Source: Synergistaceae bacterium
GTDB taxonomy: Bacteria > Synergistota > Synergistia > Synergistales > Aminobacteriaceae
Reading direction: 5' to 3'
Assembly: GCA_017470485.1 (NCBI GenBank)
Contig: JAFUYQ010000012.1
Span: forward strand, 21,535 to 85,534
DNA: 64,000 bases
Shown here: piece by piece, positions 16,971 through 25,517 of the stretch
Layout of the letters: each line of letters begins with the position of its first letter
Position numbering within the stretch: position 1 is the first letter of the stretch
The notes under the pieces: model-generated
The model's database searches: none
Seen by the model: only the letters and a program-made list of their open reading frames with translations
Told to the model about the DNA's origin: nothing
Made by a program: the position numbers and the translations under genes

Positions 16971-17867
16971 ATGAACGAAGTATATATTTTCAACACAGCA
17001 AAATTAGCCGTAAAATCAATAATTCTTACCGCCTCAGTATATCCTAAGCCGGGTTTAATCACTCCTATCGACAGCAATGCGCTTGACGGCACTGAATTTC
17101 CGAACCTTCTCGATTCCGCGCTGTCATTATTCCAGAGCTTCATCAATTTCGCCTCCGCAGGGGCTGATACTGAAGCCGTTAATCCCGAAGACGTTTTCAC
17201 GATACTCAGGCCGTCAATAAAAATCGGCATTAACGATTCACTCACTGCAACTCGCGGAAAACTCTCAATGAAAGGTCATATCCTCTGCATGGGATTGCTG
17301 TGCGCCGCCGCCGGAAGGTTACTCGCTCAGAAACGCATTCTCACTCACGGGGCATTAACGCTCACTGCCTCATCGTTCGCGAGAGGAATTACCTCCCGTG
17401 AATTATGGCCTCTCACGGAAAATCCAATGTTCAAAGTCCTTACTTCAGGCGAGAAATCCTACGTCTCTTACGGCCTTGAAGGCTGCAGGGGCGAGGCTGA
17501 ACACGGTTACGCGCAGACAGTGAAAGCTGTTGAGACCCTTCAGAGATTGGAGGCTACTCAGGGCCAACTGAACATCAGGGAGAAATTGACTCAGACGCTC
17601 CTGACCATCATGACCGAAAACGGCGACACTAATATATCCGGCAGTCTAGGTGTGAGCGAGTTAATGAGAGTTCAGGAGGAGGCAAAGAAAGTTATTGAGG
17701 CAGGAGGAATGCTTACCCCTGAGGGAGTTAATTCAGTTCTTGAATTTGACAGGAATTTGCGTTCTGGGGGAACAGCTCCGAACGGCAGTGCTGTAATTCT
17801 TGACTGTGCTGTGTTCATAACTGAGCTTCTGAAGCTGAAAATGACACGTTCAGGCTATGAAGAATAA
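16971..17867 (+). CDS. Triphosphoribosyl-dephospho-CoA synthase family (CitG/MdcB-like)
   Basis: ATG 16971 follows GGGAGGA; the ORF opens at 16938. VYPKPGLITPIDSNALDGTEF, KGHILCMGLLCAAAG and GDTNISGS match CitG family motifs. Confidence 0.65.
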   Translation: MNEVYIFNTAKLAVKSIILTASVYPKPGLITPIDSNALDGTEFPNLLDSALSLFQSFINFASAGADTEAVNPEDVFTILRPSIKIGINDSLTATRGKLSMKGHILCMGLLCAAAGRLLAQKRILTHGALTLTASSFARGITSRELWPLTENPMFKVLTSGEKSYVSYGLEGCRGEAEHGYAQTVKAVETLQRLEATQGQLNIREKLTQTLLTIMTENGDTNISGSLGVSELMRVQEEAKKVIEAGGMLTPEGVNSVLEFDRNLRSGGTAPNGSAVILDCAVFITELLKLKMTRSGYEE

Positions 17868-17877
17868 AATAAAAAAA

Positions 17878-17913
17878 CCCTCCGGCTTTTCTCCAGAGGG
17901 CAATTATTTTTTT
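17878..17913. terminator. Bidirectional hairpin between convergent citG-like and tctA genes
   Basis: A-run, ccctc..gaggg stem, then ttattttttt. Confidence 0.4.
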
Positions 17914-19426
17914 ACTCCTCAGCTTTACTGGTCATTCTGTCCATCAGTACCGGCGAAAGAACTCCAAGCACACAGAGCGCAATCAATACCCAGCATACAG
18001 GAGTTGAGAACAATATTGACGGGTCGCCGCCCGAAAGAAGCAATGACCTTCTGAGTCCCTTCTCGCCTATAGGTCCTAATATCAGCGCGAGGACTATAGC
18101 CGCGTTATTCAGCCCGAATTTACGCGACAGCCAGCCTATTACACCGAATATCAGCATTATCACAACGTCAACATAATTCTGATGAATTGCGAATGACCCC
18201 ACAACGCAAAGTATCGTTACCGAAGGAATCAATATAGCGTCCGACAGTCGGGCGATGTGCGCGAAGCCCCTGCACCCAAGAAGCCCGATCCCTAACATGA
18301 AGAACTGAATCAGCACAAAGCCGGCGAAAAATGTGTAAGTCATCTTCGCCGTCTCGCCCACAAAAAGATTAGGGCCGGGCGTTAAACCTTGAATTATCAG
18401 TCCGCCCATCAGCACGGCGGTAACACTCTCGCCCGGAATGCCGAGCGTCAGCATAGGGATTAACGAACCGCCGGTTACGGCGTTGTTAGCGGCCTCGCTG
18501 CCTGCAACGCCCTCATAGCTTCCGTGTCCGAAAAGCTCCTTGCGCTTCGAGAACTGACGCGCCGTGTTGTAACCCATGAAACACGCTATTGACGCTCCTG
18601 CGCCGGGCAGTATTCCGATGAGGTTGCCGATTATCCATGAACGCCCTATAGTCGGGGCAATCTCTTTCAGTTCGGATTTTGTGAGCAGCATTCTGTCCTT
18701 GAACTTTGCGGCCTCAGCGCGCTGTTTGATTTTTGCTTCGGCGAGAACTAACGCCTGACTCATCGAGAACAGTCCGATTAAAGCGCAGGTTACGTTAATT
18801 CCCTCGTACAATGACGACTGACCGAACATGAAGCGTTTAACTCCCTGCATGGGATCCATTCCGATAGTCGAGAGAAGAAGACCAAGCGCACCGCTCATTA
18901 AGCCTTTGACCATTGACTTTGACGAGACACCGGCAATGATAGTCAATCCGAAAATCGAGAGCCAGAAATATTCAGGCGACCCGAATTTCATCGCCAGCTG
19001 TCCGAGTATGGGCGCGAAGAAATAAAGCGATATACATGACAGCAATCCCCCGAAGAATGACGCTATACACGCTGTGCCTAATGCTTTACCGGCCTGACCT
19101 TTAAGTGTCATTTGGTAGCCCTCAATAGCTGTGGCCGCGCTCGCTGGAGTTCCGGGCGTGTGAATGAGTATTGCCGAGATTGAACCGCCGAATATAGCTC
19201 CGCAGTAAATCGCTCCGAGCATAATCATTCCTGTTGAGGCTTCCATTGAGAACGTCATAGGCAGAAGCAGAGCGACTCCCATAGCCGCCGAAAGTCCGGG
19301 AAGACAGCCGATTACGATTCCGATTGTTACCCCTGCGGTCATGGCCAGAAGGTTGACGGGGTAGAGGGCATTAACGAACCCCATTCCCATTAACGATAAT
19401 GTCTCAGTCATGATTAGACCCCCCAT
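17912..19426 (-). CDS. tctA: Tripartite tricarboxylate transporter, large permease
   Basis: 504 aa polytopic protein with TctA-type sequence (GCLPGLSAAMGVALLLP..., GILPGAGASIACFMGY). It sits in tctC-tctB-tctA order. Confidence 0.9.
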   Translation of the reverse strand: MGGLIMTETLSLMGMGFVNALYPVNLLAMTAGVTIGIVIGCLPGLSAAMGVALLLPMTFSMEASTGMIMLGAIYCGAIFGGSISAILIHTPGTPASAATAIEGYQMTLKGQAGKALGTACIASFFGGLLSCISLYFFAPILGQLAMKFGSPEYFWLSIFGLTIIAGVSSKSMVKGLMSGALGLLLSTIGMDPMQGVKRFMFGQSSLYEGINVTCALIGLFSMSQALVLAEAKIKQRAEAAKFKDRMLLTKSELKEIAPTIGRSWIIGNLIGILPGAGASIACFMGYNTARQFSKRKELFGHGSYEGVAGSEAANNAVTGGSLIPMLTLGIPGESVTAVLMGGLIIQGLTPGPNLFVGETAKMTYTFFAGFVLIQFFMLGIGLLGCRGFAHIARLSDAILIPSVTILCVVGSFAIHQNYVDVVIMLIFGVIGWLSRKFGLNNAAIVLALILGPIGEKGLRRSLLLSGGDPSILFSTPVCWVLIALCVLGVLSPVLMDRMTSKAEE

Positions 19427-19860
19427 AATGTTCCCGAAGGAAGCCTTACCTCAAGGAACAGTGTGAACGCGCAGTAGACGAGGGCGAACACTGCAATTTC
19501 CGAGAGAATAATCTGCCAGATTTTCACTCGCAGGAAAAGCAGGCTCAAGGCCATGAACACAACGCTTGAGGCATAGAAGCCAACGTAAGGCATTGAGGCT
19601 ATATATATCACTATCATTGCAAGGAGCGTGAAGAACTGTGAGGGTACGAAACCGCTGAAATTTTCGAGGCCGTTTGTTACGCCTTCACGAAGTGCGCCGA
19701 TAATCATATTTATCACGTGAAGGGTAGTAAGTCCGGCAAGGAGAGCTATTACGCATAGAGGGTAAATCTGCGCCGACTTAGGGAGCTGGAGCGTCATGTA
19801 CAGGAAAAACGCGCATACCCCGTACATGACAGCACAGACTCCAATATCTGATTTTTTCAT
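19414..19860 (-). CDS. tctB: Tripartite tricarboxylate transporter, small subunit
   Basis: 148 aa with 4 TM segments, between tctC and tctA. 13-nt overlap with tctA. Confidence 0.7.
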   Translation of the reverse strand: MKKSDIGVCAVMYGVCAFFLYMTLQLPKSAQIYPLCVIALLAGLTTLHVINMIIGALREGVTNGLENFSGFVPSQFFTLLAMIVIYIASMPYVGFYASSVVFMALSLLFLRVKIWQIILSEIAVFALVYCAFTLFLEVRLPSGTLWGV

Positions 19861-19879
19861 TCTCTAATGTCTGCAAAAA

Positions 19880-20818
19880 TTATTCCCAGAGTTTAGCGAC
19901 TTCATTCACGCAGAAATCGTACTGCTGATTGATGAGCTTTGCAGTGTCCTCAGCGTTCATGTAAAGCGTCGTAATCCCTGCTTTTTCGGCGGCCGCTTTG
20001 TATTCTGGATCGTCCATAGCATTCTTGAAAGCCTCCTCGTAGAACGCTATGACATCAGAGGGAGTGCCTTTCGGGGCAACAATGGCTCTCGCGCTTCCGT
20101 ACCACTTGTTATAGAAGCCGAGTTCACCGAGCGTGGGAGCGTCAGGGAATGAGGGCATACGTTTTTCGGCGAACACTCCGAGAACTTTTACTTCGGTCAG
20201 CATTGAGGCAATGTCGGCCTCTTTAGCGACGCTGAAATCGACTTCGCCCTGCCTGAGTGCTAACAACTGGTCGGCAGTACCGCCGTAAGGTATGGCCATG
20301 TACTGAAAGCCTGCTGACTTTGCGAAGAGTTCAGCACCGATATGGTTACTAGCTTTCATGCCGTTAGTTGAGGCTTTAAGTTTTCCGGGATTTTCCTTAG
20401 CGTAGGCAACGAGTTCCTGAAGCGTGTTGAAGGGGCTTGACTTGCTGACCATGACCATTGAAGTCTCGTTGACGTGGTTGCAGATCGGCACGAAGTCATC
20501 AATCTTGTAATCTCCTAACTGCTCAACGATATTCGAGCATAGTGTCGGGAGATTGACGAAGCCCAATGTGTAACCGTCAGGTCTTGCCTGAGAAAGAGCT
20601 GTCCAGCCTATTGAGCCTGAGCCGCCCTCTAAGTTCTGAATGACGATAGTTCGGCCGATTTTGTCCGAAGCGAATTTTGAGAGGACTCTCGCGGTGTTGT
20701 CAGTTCCTGAGCCGGCCTTGTAAGCGACAATGACGGTAACATTTTTTGACGGTGTCCACGCGAATGCACATGAAGCCGTCAGAGCGACAACGAGTAAAGC
20801 AACCATAAATTTTTTCAT
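19880..20818 (-). CDS. tctC: Tripartite tricarboxylate transporter substrate-binding protein (Bug family)
   Basis: 312 aa with signal peptide. KAGSGTDNTARVL...NLEGGSGSIGW...PYGGTADQLLALRQGEVDF is typical of TctC/Bug receptors. Confidence 0.85.
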   Translation of the reverse strand: MKKFMVALLVVALTASCAFAWTPSKNVTVIVAYKAGSGTDNTARVLSKFASDKIGRTIVIQNLEGGSGSIGWTALSQARPDGYTLGFVNLPTLCSNIVEQLGDYKIDDFVPICNHVNETSMVMVSKSSPFNTLQELVAYAKENPGKLKASTNGMKASNHIGAELFAKSAGFQYMAIPYGGTADQLLALRQGEVDFSVAKEADIASMLTEVKVLGVFAEKRMPSFPDAPTLGELGFYNKWYGSARAIVAPKGTPSDVIAFYEEAFKNAMDDPEYKAAAEKAGITTLYMNAEDTAKLINQQYDFCVNEVAKLWE

Positions 20819-20875
20819 GAAATATCACCTCTTAAATAAAATTATACCCTGTCAACAGCAAAGTCAGAATAGCTA

Positions 20876-20902
20876 TTGACTTTTTCCTATCGTGGATATT
20901 AA
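20876..20902 (+). promoter_or_regulatory. Possible sigma70-like promoter for the viperin-like gene
   Basis: TTGACT (20876-20881) with an AT-rich -10 candidate (gatattaaa) 14-16 nt downstream. The spacing is not ideal. Confidence 0.25.
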
Positions 20903-20942
20903 AATCCGTAAACTGCTTTTATAGAGGAGGAGTCAGAACAAC

Positions 20943-21767
20943 ATGAACAACTTGAAAATAAATTTGCATATTACTGAGCGTTGCAATTTTAAGTGTAAAT
21001 ATTGTTTCGCGTATTTCAATCACCGCGCGGATTTGCCTCTTGAAAGCTGGAAAAGAATTATTGATGACCTAAAAGCCTACGGAGATATTTCAGCGATAAA
21101 TTTCGCGGGCGGCGAGCCGGTTCTATACAAAGGTTTTCCTGAACTAATTGACTACGCTAAAAATTTGGGTTTCAAAGTTTCGATTATCTCAAACGGTTCT
21201 CTTTTGCTTAACGAAAAATTTACCCCGCCCGATGTGTTCTCAAAACTTGATACGCTCGGAATTTCTGTTGACAGCTTCAATGAAAAAATCTTAATTGAGC
21301 TTGGTCGTCGCGACGGAAATTTTCATGTTTTGTCTGAGGAAAAATTTATAAAAATTATTGAGTGCGCGAAATCCGTAAATCCCTCGATAAAAATAAAAAT
21401 CAACACTGTTGTCTCGCAAATTAATAAAAATGAGCGGCTTACTGAAATTGAAAATCGAGTTGAAATAAATCGCTGGAAATTTCTAAATACTAAACTTTTC
21501 GAGACAGAAAATTTTTCCAACAGAAATTTGCTTGTGAGCGACGAGGAATTTCAAAAATTTATTGAGCGAAACCCGCGCGAAAACGGCGAAAGCGTCTTTG
21601 AGAAAAAGATCAGCCGTTCTTATATCATGATTGACAACGTTGGAAATATGCTTGACGACTTCGGGGAAGATTACGAGATTGTCGGCAATATTCTTGAGGA
21701 AAAATTTTCCAACGTGTTCAGCCGTTTTCAACTCGACAAAGAACTTTATCAGAGTCGTTACGTTTGA
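20943..21767 (+). CDS. Prokaryotic viperin homologue (pVip; radical SAM, predicted ddh-nucleotide synthase)
   Basis: CxxxCxxC at C14/C18/C21 (ERCNFKCKYC). It is collinear over the whole length with animal viperin as I recall it: NLHITERCNFKCKYCF / INFAGGEPVL / VSIISNGSLL / LGISVDSFNEK / IKINTVV / INRWKFLNTKLFETEN / SDEEFQKFIERN / SYIMIDNVGNML. Confidence 0.8.
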   Translation: MNNLKINLHITERCNFKCKYCFAYFNHRADLPLESWKRIIDDLKAYGDISAINFAGGEPVLYKGFPELIDYAKNLGFKVSIISNGSLLLNEKFTPPDVFSKLDTLGISVDSFNEKILIELGRRDGNFHVLSEEKFIKIIECAKSVNPSIKIKINTVVSQINKNERLTEIENRVEINRWKFLNTKLFETENFSNRNLLVSDEEFQKFIERNPRENGESVFEKKISRSYIMIDNVGNMLDDFGEDYEIVGNILEEKFSNVFSRFQLDKELYQSRYV

Positions 21768-21784
21768 GATGGAGATGAAAAGTT

Positions 21785-23383
21785 TTGAAATTAACAAATG
21801 AGAATATCGCTGCCGCCGTTGAGGGCATTCAAAAATTTTTTGAAAAATCAAATGTCAGCAAGCAAGATAAGATTAAAATTTGTCTTTTATTTGAGGAAAG
21901 TTTGCTTCGCTGTCAAGAAAATTTCGGGAAAAATCATGAATTTGAGCTTGTGAAAAGAAAATGGTTCGGCACTCCCAAAGTTATGATAAAAATTTGGGGT
22001 GAGCCTTACAATCCTGTAAACGATGATGATGAAAAAAATATTTTTTCAGAAATTGTCATGAGAAATTTTCTGAATTATGAAAGCGCGCAAGTTATTTATC
22101 GTTATGAAAACGGCTATAATGAAATCAGCGGTTTTCCCACGAAACAATCTCAAAAAATAAAAATTCCCGGCGGAAGTCTGACTGTAGCGGTTTTTTGGGC
22201 TATTATTTCGGCTTGGATCGCGCGAAATTTACCTGAAACCACACAAAAAATTATTGTCGCTAATTTTATTACGCCGATTTTAAGTAAATTATTCGGCGCG
22301 ATTGTCGCGGTAACTATTCCGCTGATCTTTATTTCGATTGTGTCTAGCGTTTGCGCGATTGAAAATGTATCCGCTTTGCGTAATTTAACCCTAAAAGTTT
22401 TCAAAAGATTTTTATGGATTTTGCTTTTTGCCGCGATTTCATCAGTTATTGTCAGCGAGATATTTTTCCCCGCGCTTAATTTTGATTTCAGCGGGCAAAT
22501 TGCGTCAAATAATTCCGGCGAAACGCTAAAAATTTTCGATTTGATTTTGTCGATAATTCCGCAAAACATTATTGAGCCGTTCCTGGAAGGAAAAATTTTG
22601 CAAATTGTAATTCTGGCGTTGTTTACGGGAGTTTGCGTAACAATTTTAGGTGAAAGGGTTCAGGATATTAAAAATTTAGTTTTTAGCACGCGGAAAATTG
22701 TTACTCAAATGGTGTCGATAGTTTTCAAAATAATTCCCGCGATAATTTTTTTATGTATCGTGAAAGTAACGCTGCAAAACTCAATGTCAGAAATTCTCAA
22801 TGTATGGAAAGTTGTTTTGGCGCAATATGTTCTTTATATCTTTTTATGTTTAGTAATGCTTTTGAAAAATTATTTTCAGTACGGCGTGAATATTTCAGAT
22901 TTCTTGAAAAAAATTTATCCTGTCGCTTTAATTTCATTTATTACAGGGAGCGCAAGCGCGGTAATGCATAAAAATATTGAAATTTGCGACGAAGTCTTAG
23001 GAATCAAGAAAAATCTTTGTGATTTTTATATACCATTGTCGCACGCGCTTTGTCCCGCCTTAAGAATGGTCAGTTTTATAGTTTATATATTTTTTGTCGC
23101 GAAAAATTCAGGAGAACAAATTACAATTTCGCGACTTTTTATAATAATGTTTTTCTCAATTCAATTCGCTCTCCTCGCTTCAGACGGAGGAGGCGGCGGC
23201 GGATTTGTGGCTATGATGGGGCTTTTGCTTACGCAAGTCGGATTTTCTTTTGACGCGATAGGCGAAATTATGACCGCGAATATTTTTGTCGTAAACTCAG
23301 CGGCGTTTTTTTCATTGATAATCCGCGACTGTGATTTATTGGCGTTTTCGCGAAGCGTATCGCGTTTTAATTATGAAGCATAG
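21785..23383 (+). CDS. Divergent glutamate-transporter-fold (DAACS-like) membrane protein with ~130-aa cytoplasmic N-terminal domain
   Basis: TTG start 17 nt after the pVip stop. TM core has DAACS-like landmarks (AIVAVTIPLIFISIVSSVCAIENVSALRNLTLKVF; ITGSASAVMHKN; FYIPLSHAL; ASDGGGGGGFVAMMGLLL). The NMDGT motif position reads LCPALR. The N-terminal domain (KICLLFEESLLRCQENF...VMIKIWGEPYNPV) is reminiscent of a degenerate SpoIIAB/RsbW-type GHKL module. Confidence 0.55.
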   Translation: MKLTNENIAAAVEGIQKFFEKSNVSKQDKIKICLLFEESLLRCQENFGKNHEFELVKRKWFGTPKVMIKIWGEPYNPVNDDDEKNIFSEIVMRNFLNYESAQVIYRYENGYNEISGFPTKQSQKIKIPGGSLTVAVFWAIISAWIARNLPETTQKIIVANFITPILSKLFGAIVAVTIPLIFISIVSSVCAIENVSALRNLTLKVFKRFLWILLFAAISSVIVSEIFFPALNFDFSGQIASNNSGETLKIFDLILSIIPQNIIEPFLEGKILQIVILALFTGVCVTILGERVQDIKNLVFSTRKIVTQMVSIVFKIIPAIIFLCIVKVTLQNSMSEILNVWKVVLAQYVLYIFLCLVMLLKNYFQYGVNISDFLKKIYPVALISFITGSASAVMHKNIEICDEVLGIKKNLCDFYIPLSHALCPALRMVSFIVYIFFVAKNSGEQITISRLFIIMFFSIQFALLASDGGGGGGFVAMMGLLLTQVGFSFDAIGEIMTANIFVVNSAAFFSLIIRDCDLLAFSRSVSRFNYEA

Positions 23384-23502
23384 CCACGATGAGCATTAGT
23401 CCGTGTCGCTCAGTGATGGCGAGAATGACGCGGACACAAACGAGAAAAAGAATAATACGCAAATATACCCCGTGTACAAAGCACGGGGCATTCCTGCATT
23501 CC

Positions 23503-24900
23503 TTACGAGTTCAAAGGCTCAAGCCTCTTGAACAATTCTTCCTTATCATGGCCGAGTATGAGCGTTAATGAAGCAGCTCTTTTGTCGGGCTGAATGAGTT
23601 TCTCGTTGGTTATTCCGCAGAGTTCAGCAAGTGCCAACGCTCCCTGCCTCACACTTTCGTCCTCGCTCGGAGGGTAAATTATGCTCGATGACCTGTAATC
23701 GTAATGCCTCGCGTTCCCCGTGTAAGGCACTTCGATTCCGATTCGCTGGAAAATCTGCGCCGCTCTTTTGCCGATTCCTTTTTCACCGTCGCCGTTAAGG
23801 ATTCTTATGCTGAGTATCTGATCCCTCAACTGGGCTATCTTCTCGCTGTCAAATCCTGACATGTCCACAGGTTCAGGCGAGAAATCAAGTTCAACCGTTT
23901 CCGACTCCTCAAGCACCGCCGGATCTGTAGGAGGCAGCTTCGCGGCAAGCTGTAATGAAAACGCATTGTTATCCAGAATCCAATAGCTTATACTCTTGCT
24001 TGAGCCTGTACGTCCGGGAGCCATGAACATTTTTATTCTGTCAGCCGGTATGGCGTTAGCGAACTGTACCAGCTTCAACGCCTCCAGCGGTGCTAAATCC
24101 GTATCAATAGCGTCAAACAACTCGTTCACTATCGCAGGGATACGCGGAATTATTGAAGGGGTTTTGAGCTTGCTCATCATTATGTTGATGAAGTTCTGCT
24201 GTCTCCTCACACGCCCTATATCGCCTAATGGGTCATGCCTGAATCTGACGTAGCCCAGCGCGGTTTTACCGTCCATATGTTGCTGTCCTGCAGGAATGTT
24301 GATGAATAATTTTCCTGAGTAGTCGTTGTAATGCAGTCTCTTCTCAACGTATATATCTACTCCGCCGAGAATATCAACTATTCTTGGGAAACTCTTGTAA
24401 TTTATCTTGACGAAGTAATCTATCGGCATTCCCGTTAAATTAACCAGCGTTTCCCTCAGAAGATTAATACCTCCGTAGACGTAAGCATGATTAATTTTGT
24501 CCCAGCTCCGTCCGGGAATATAAACTCTTGAGTCTCTCGGTATTGACGCGATTCGCAGTGCTTTGTTCTCAGCGTCGAAAATTGCAAGCGCAATAGCGTC
24601 AGTCCTTGAGCCTCCCTCAACATTATCAAGCCCAACTATCAATACATTAACTGTGCTTCGGGCAGTGCTTTCGGGCTTCTGGACTTCGCCGACTGCAAGC
24701 TCTGTCGCAACGACTGAGGCACTTTCAGTTGAAGGCTGTGAAATCTGGGGAGGCAGATCAGTTTTTGACTTCACCAGCGAGGCTTTAGGCAATGGAAGCG
24801 GATTGGGGTCATTAAGGACTTCCATAAGGCGCAGGGCTGCACCTCCTATAGCTGAGGCGGCAACCATGAAAATTATTCCTAATATCTTCAGCACTTTCAT
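23503..24900 (-). CDS. LytR-CpsA-Psr (LCP) family protein with C-terminal LytR_C-like domain
   Basis: N-terminal TM. VNVLIVGLDNVEGGSRTDAIALAIFDAENKALRIASIPRDSRVYIPGRSWDKINHAYVYGG is the LCP core. Confidence 0.85.
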   Translation of the reverse strand: MKVLKILGIIFMVAASAIGGAALRLMEVLNDPNPLPLPKASLVKSKTDLPPQISQPSTESASVVATELAVGEVQKPESTARSTVNVLIVGLDNVEGGSRTDAIALAIFDAENKALRIASIPRDSRVYIPGRSWDKINHAYVYGGINLLRETLVNLTGMPIDYFVKINYKSFPRIVDILGGVDIYVEKRLHYNDYSGKLFINIPAGQQHMDGKTALGYVRFRHDPLGDIGRVRRQQNFINIMMSKLKTPSIIPRIPAIVNELFDAIDTDLAPLEALKLVQFANAIPADRIKMFMAPGRTGSSKSISYWILDNNAFSLQLAAKLPPTDPAVLEESETVELDFSPEPVDMSGFDSEKIAQLRDQILSIRILNGDGEKGIGKRAAQIFQRIGIEVPYTGNARHYDYRSSSIIYPPSEDESVRQGALALAELCGITNEKLIQPDKRAASLTLILGHDKEELFKRLEPLNS

Positions 24901-24917
24901 TATTGAGTAATCACCTC

Positions 24918-25514
24918 TTATAAATTTTTATAGAGATTATTCGACTCTATATATATTTCGACAAGATGAGGCACTAAAAACCTTATGCCTCTTCCGTTCC
25001 GCGCACGCTCTCTTATTTCGGTGCTTGAAATTGCGAACTGCGGTATCTCTATATATTTTAGCTTATTGCGTATGAAGTCAGGCAGTTTTTCAATGCCGCT
25101 GACAGGATAGCCCGGCCTTCTGGCTGTTACAAGCGTGCATAATTCGGGTATTCTCTCGTATTCAAACCATGATGTTATCGACAGCATAGCGTCAAGTCCT
25201 GTTATGAAAAACAAATCTTCAGGCTTAATCCCCGACTCTATGAACGCCGTCAAAGTGTCAACTGTATGTGTAGCGTCCTTTCTGTCGATTTCGATTCTTG
25301 AAACTGAATACTCATGCACCCCTGCAGTAGCAAGAAGCGTCATGGCGTATCTGTCTTCAGCAGGAGTGATTTTACGGCTTTGTTTATGTGGAGGGTCGCC
25401 GGTCGGAACGAATATAAGCCTGTCGATTCCGAGATTGCGCCGAGCCTCTTCAGCCGCGAGCAAATGGCCGTAATGTATAGGGTCGAACGTTCCGCCCATA
25501 ATTCCGGTTTTCAT
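24918..25514 (-). CDS. nadD: Nicotinate-nucleotide adenylyltransferase
   Basis: GIMGGTFDPIHYGHL (HxGH motif), ISSTEIR near the C-terminus, downstream of obg. Confidence 0.9.
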   Translation of the reverse strand: MKTGIMGGTFDPIHYGHLLAAEEARRNLGIDRLIFVPTGDPPHKQSRKITPAEDRYAMTLLATAGVHEYSVSRIEIDRKDATHTVDTLTAFIESGIKPEDLFFITGLDAMLSITSWFEYERIPELCTLVTARRPGYPVSGIEKLPDFIRNKLKYIEIPQFAISSTEIRERARNGRGIRFLVPHLVEIYIESNNLYKNL

Positions 25515-25517
25515 GGC

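Noticed and set aside
22150-22569. 139-aa minus-strand ORF in the AT-rich islet
   Set aside because: It is antisense to the transporter-fold gene. Its hydrophobic translation is the mirror of a TM-rich coding region.
23384-23502. Possible structured RNA or attachment site downstream of the AT-rich islet
   Set aside because: Only one clear hairpin (ccccgtg...cacgggg) is present, consistent with the LCP gene terminator. I found no repeat matching the upstream islet boundary.
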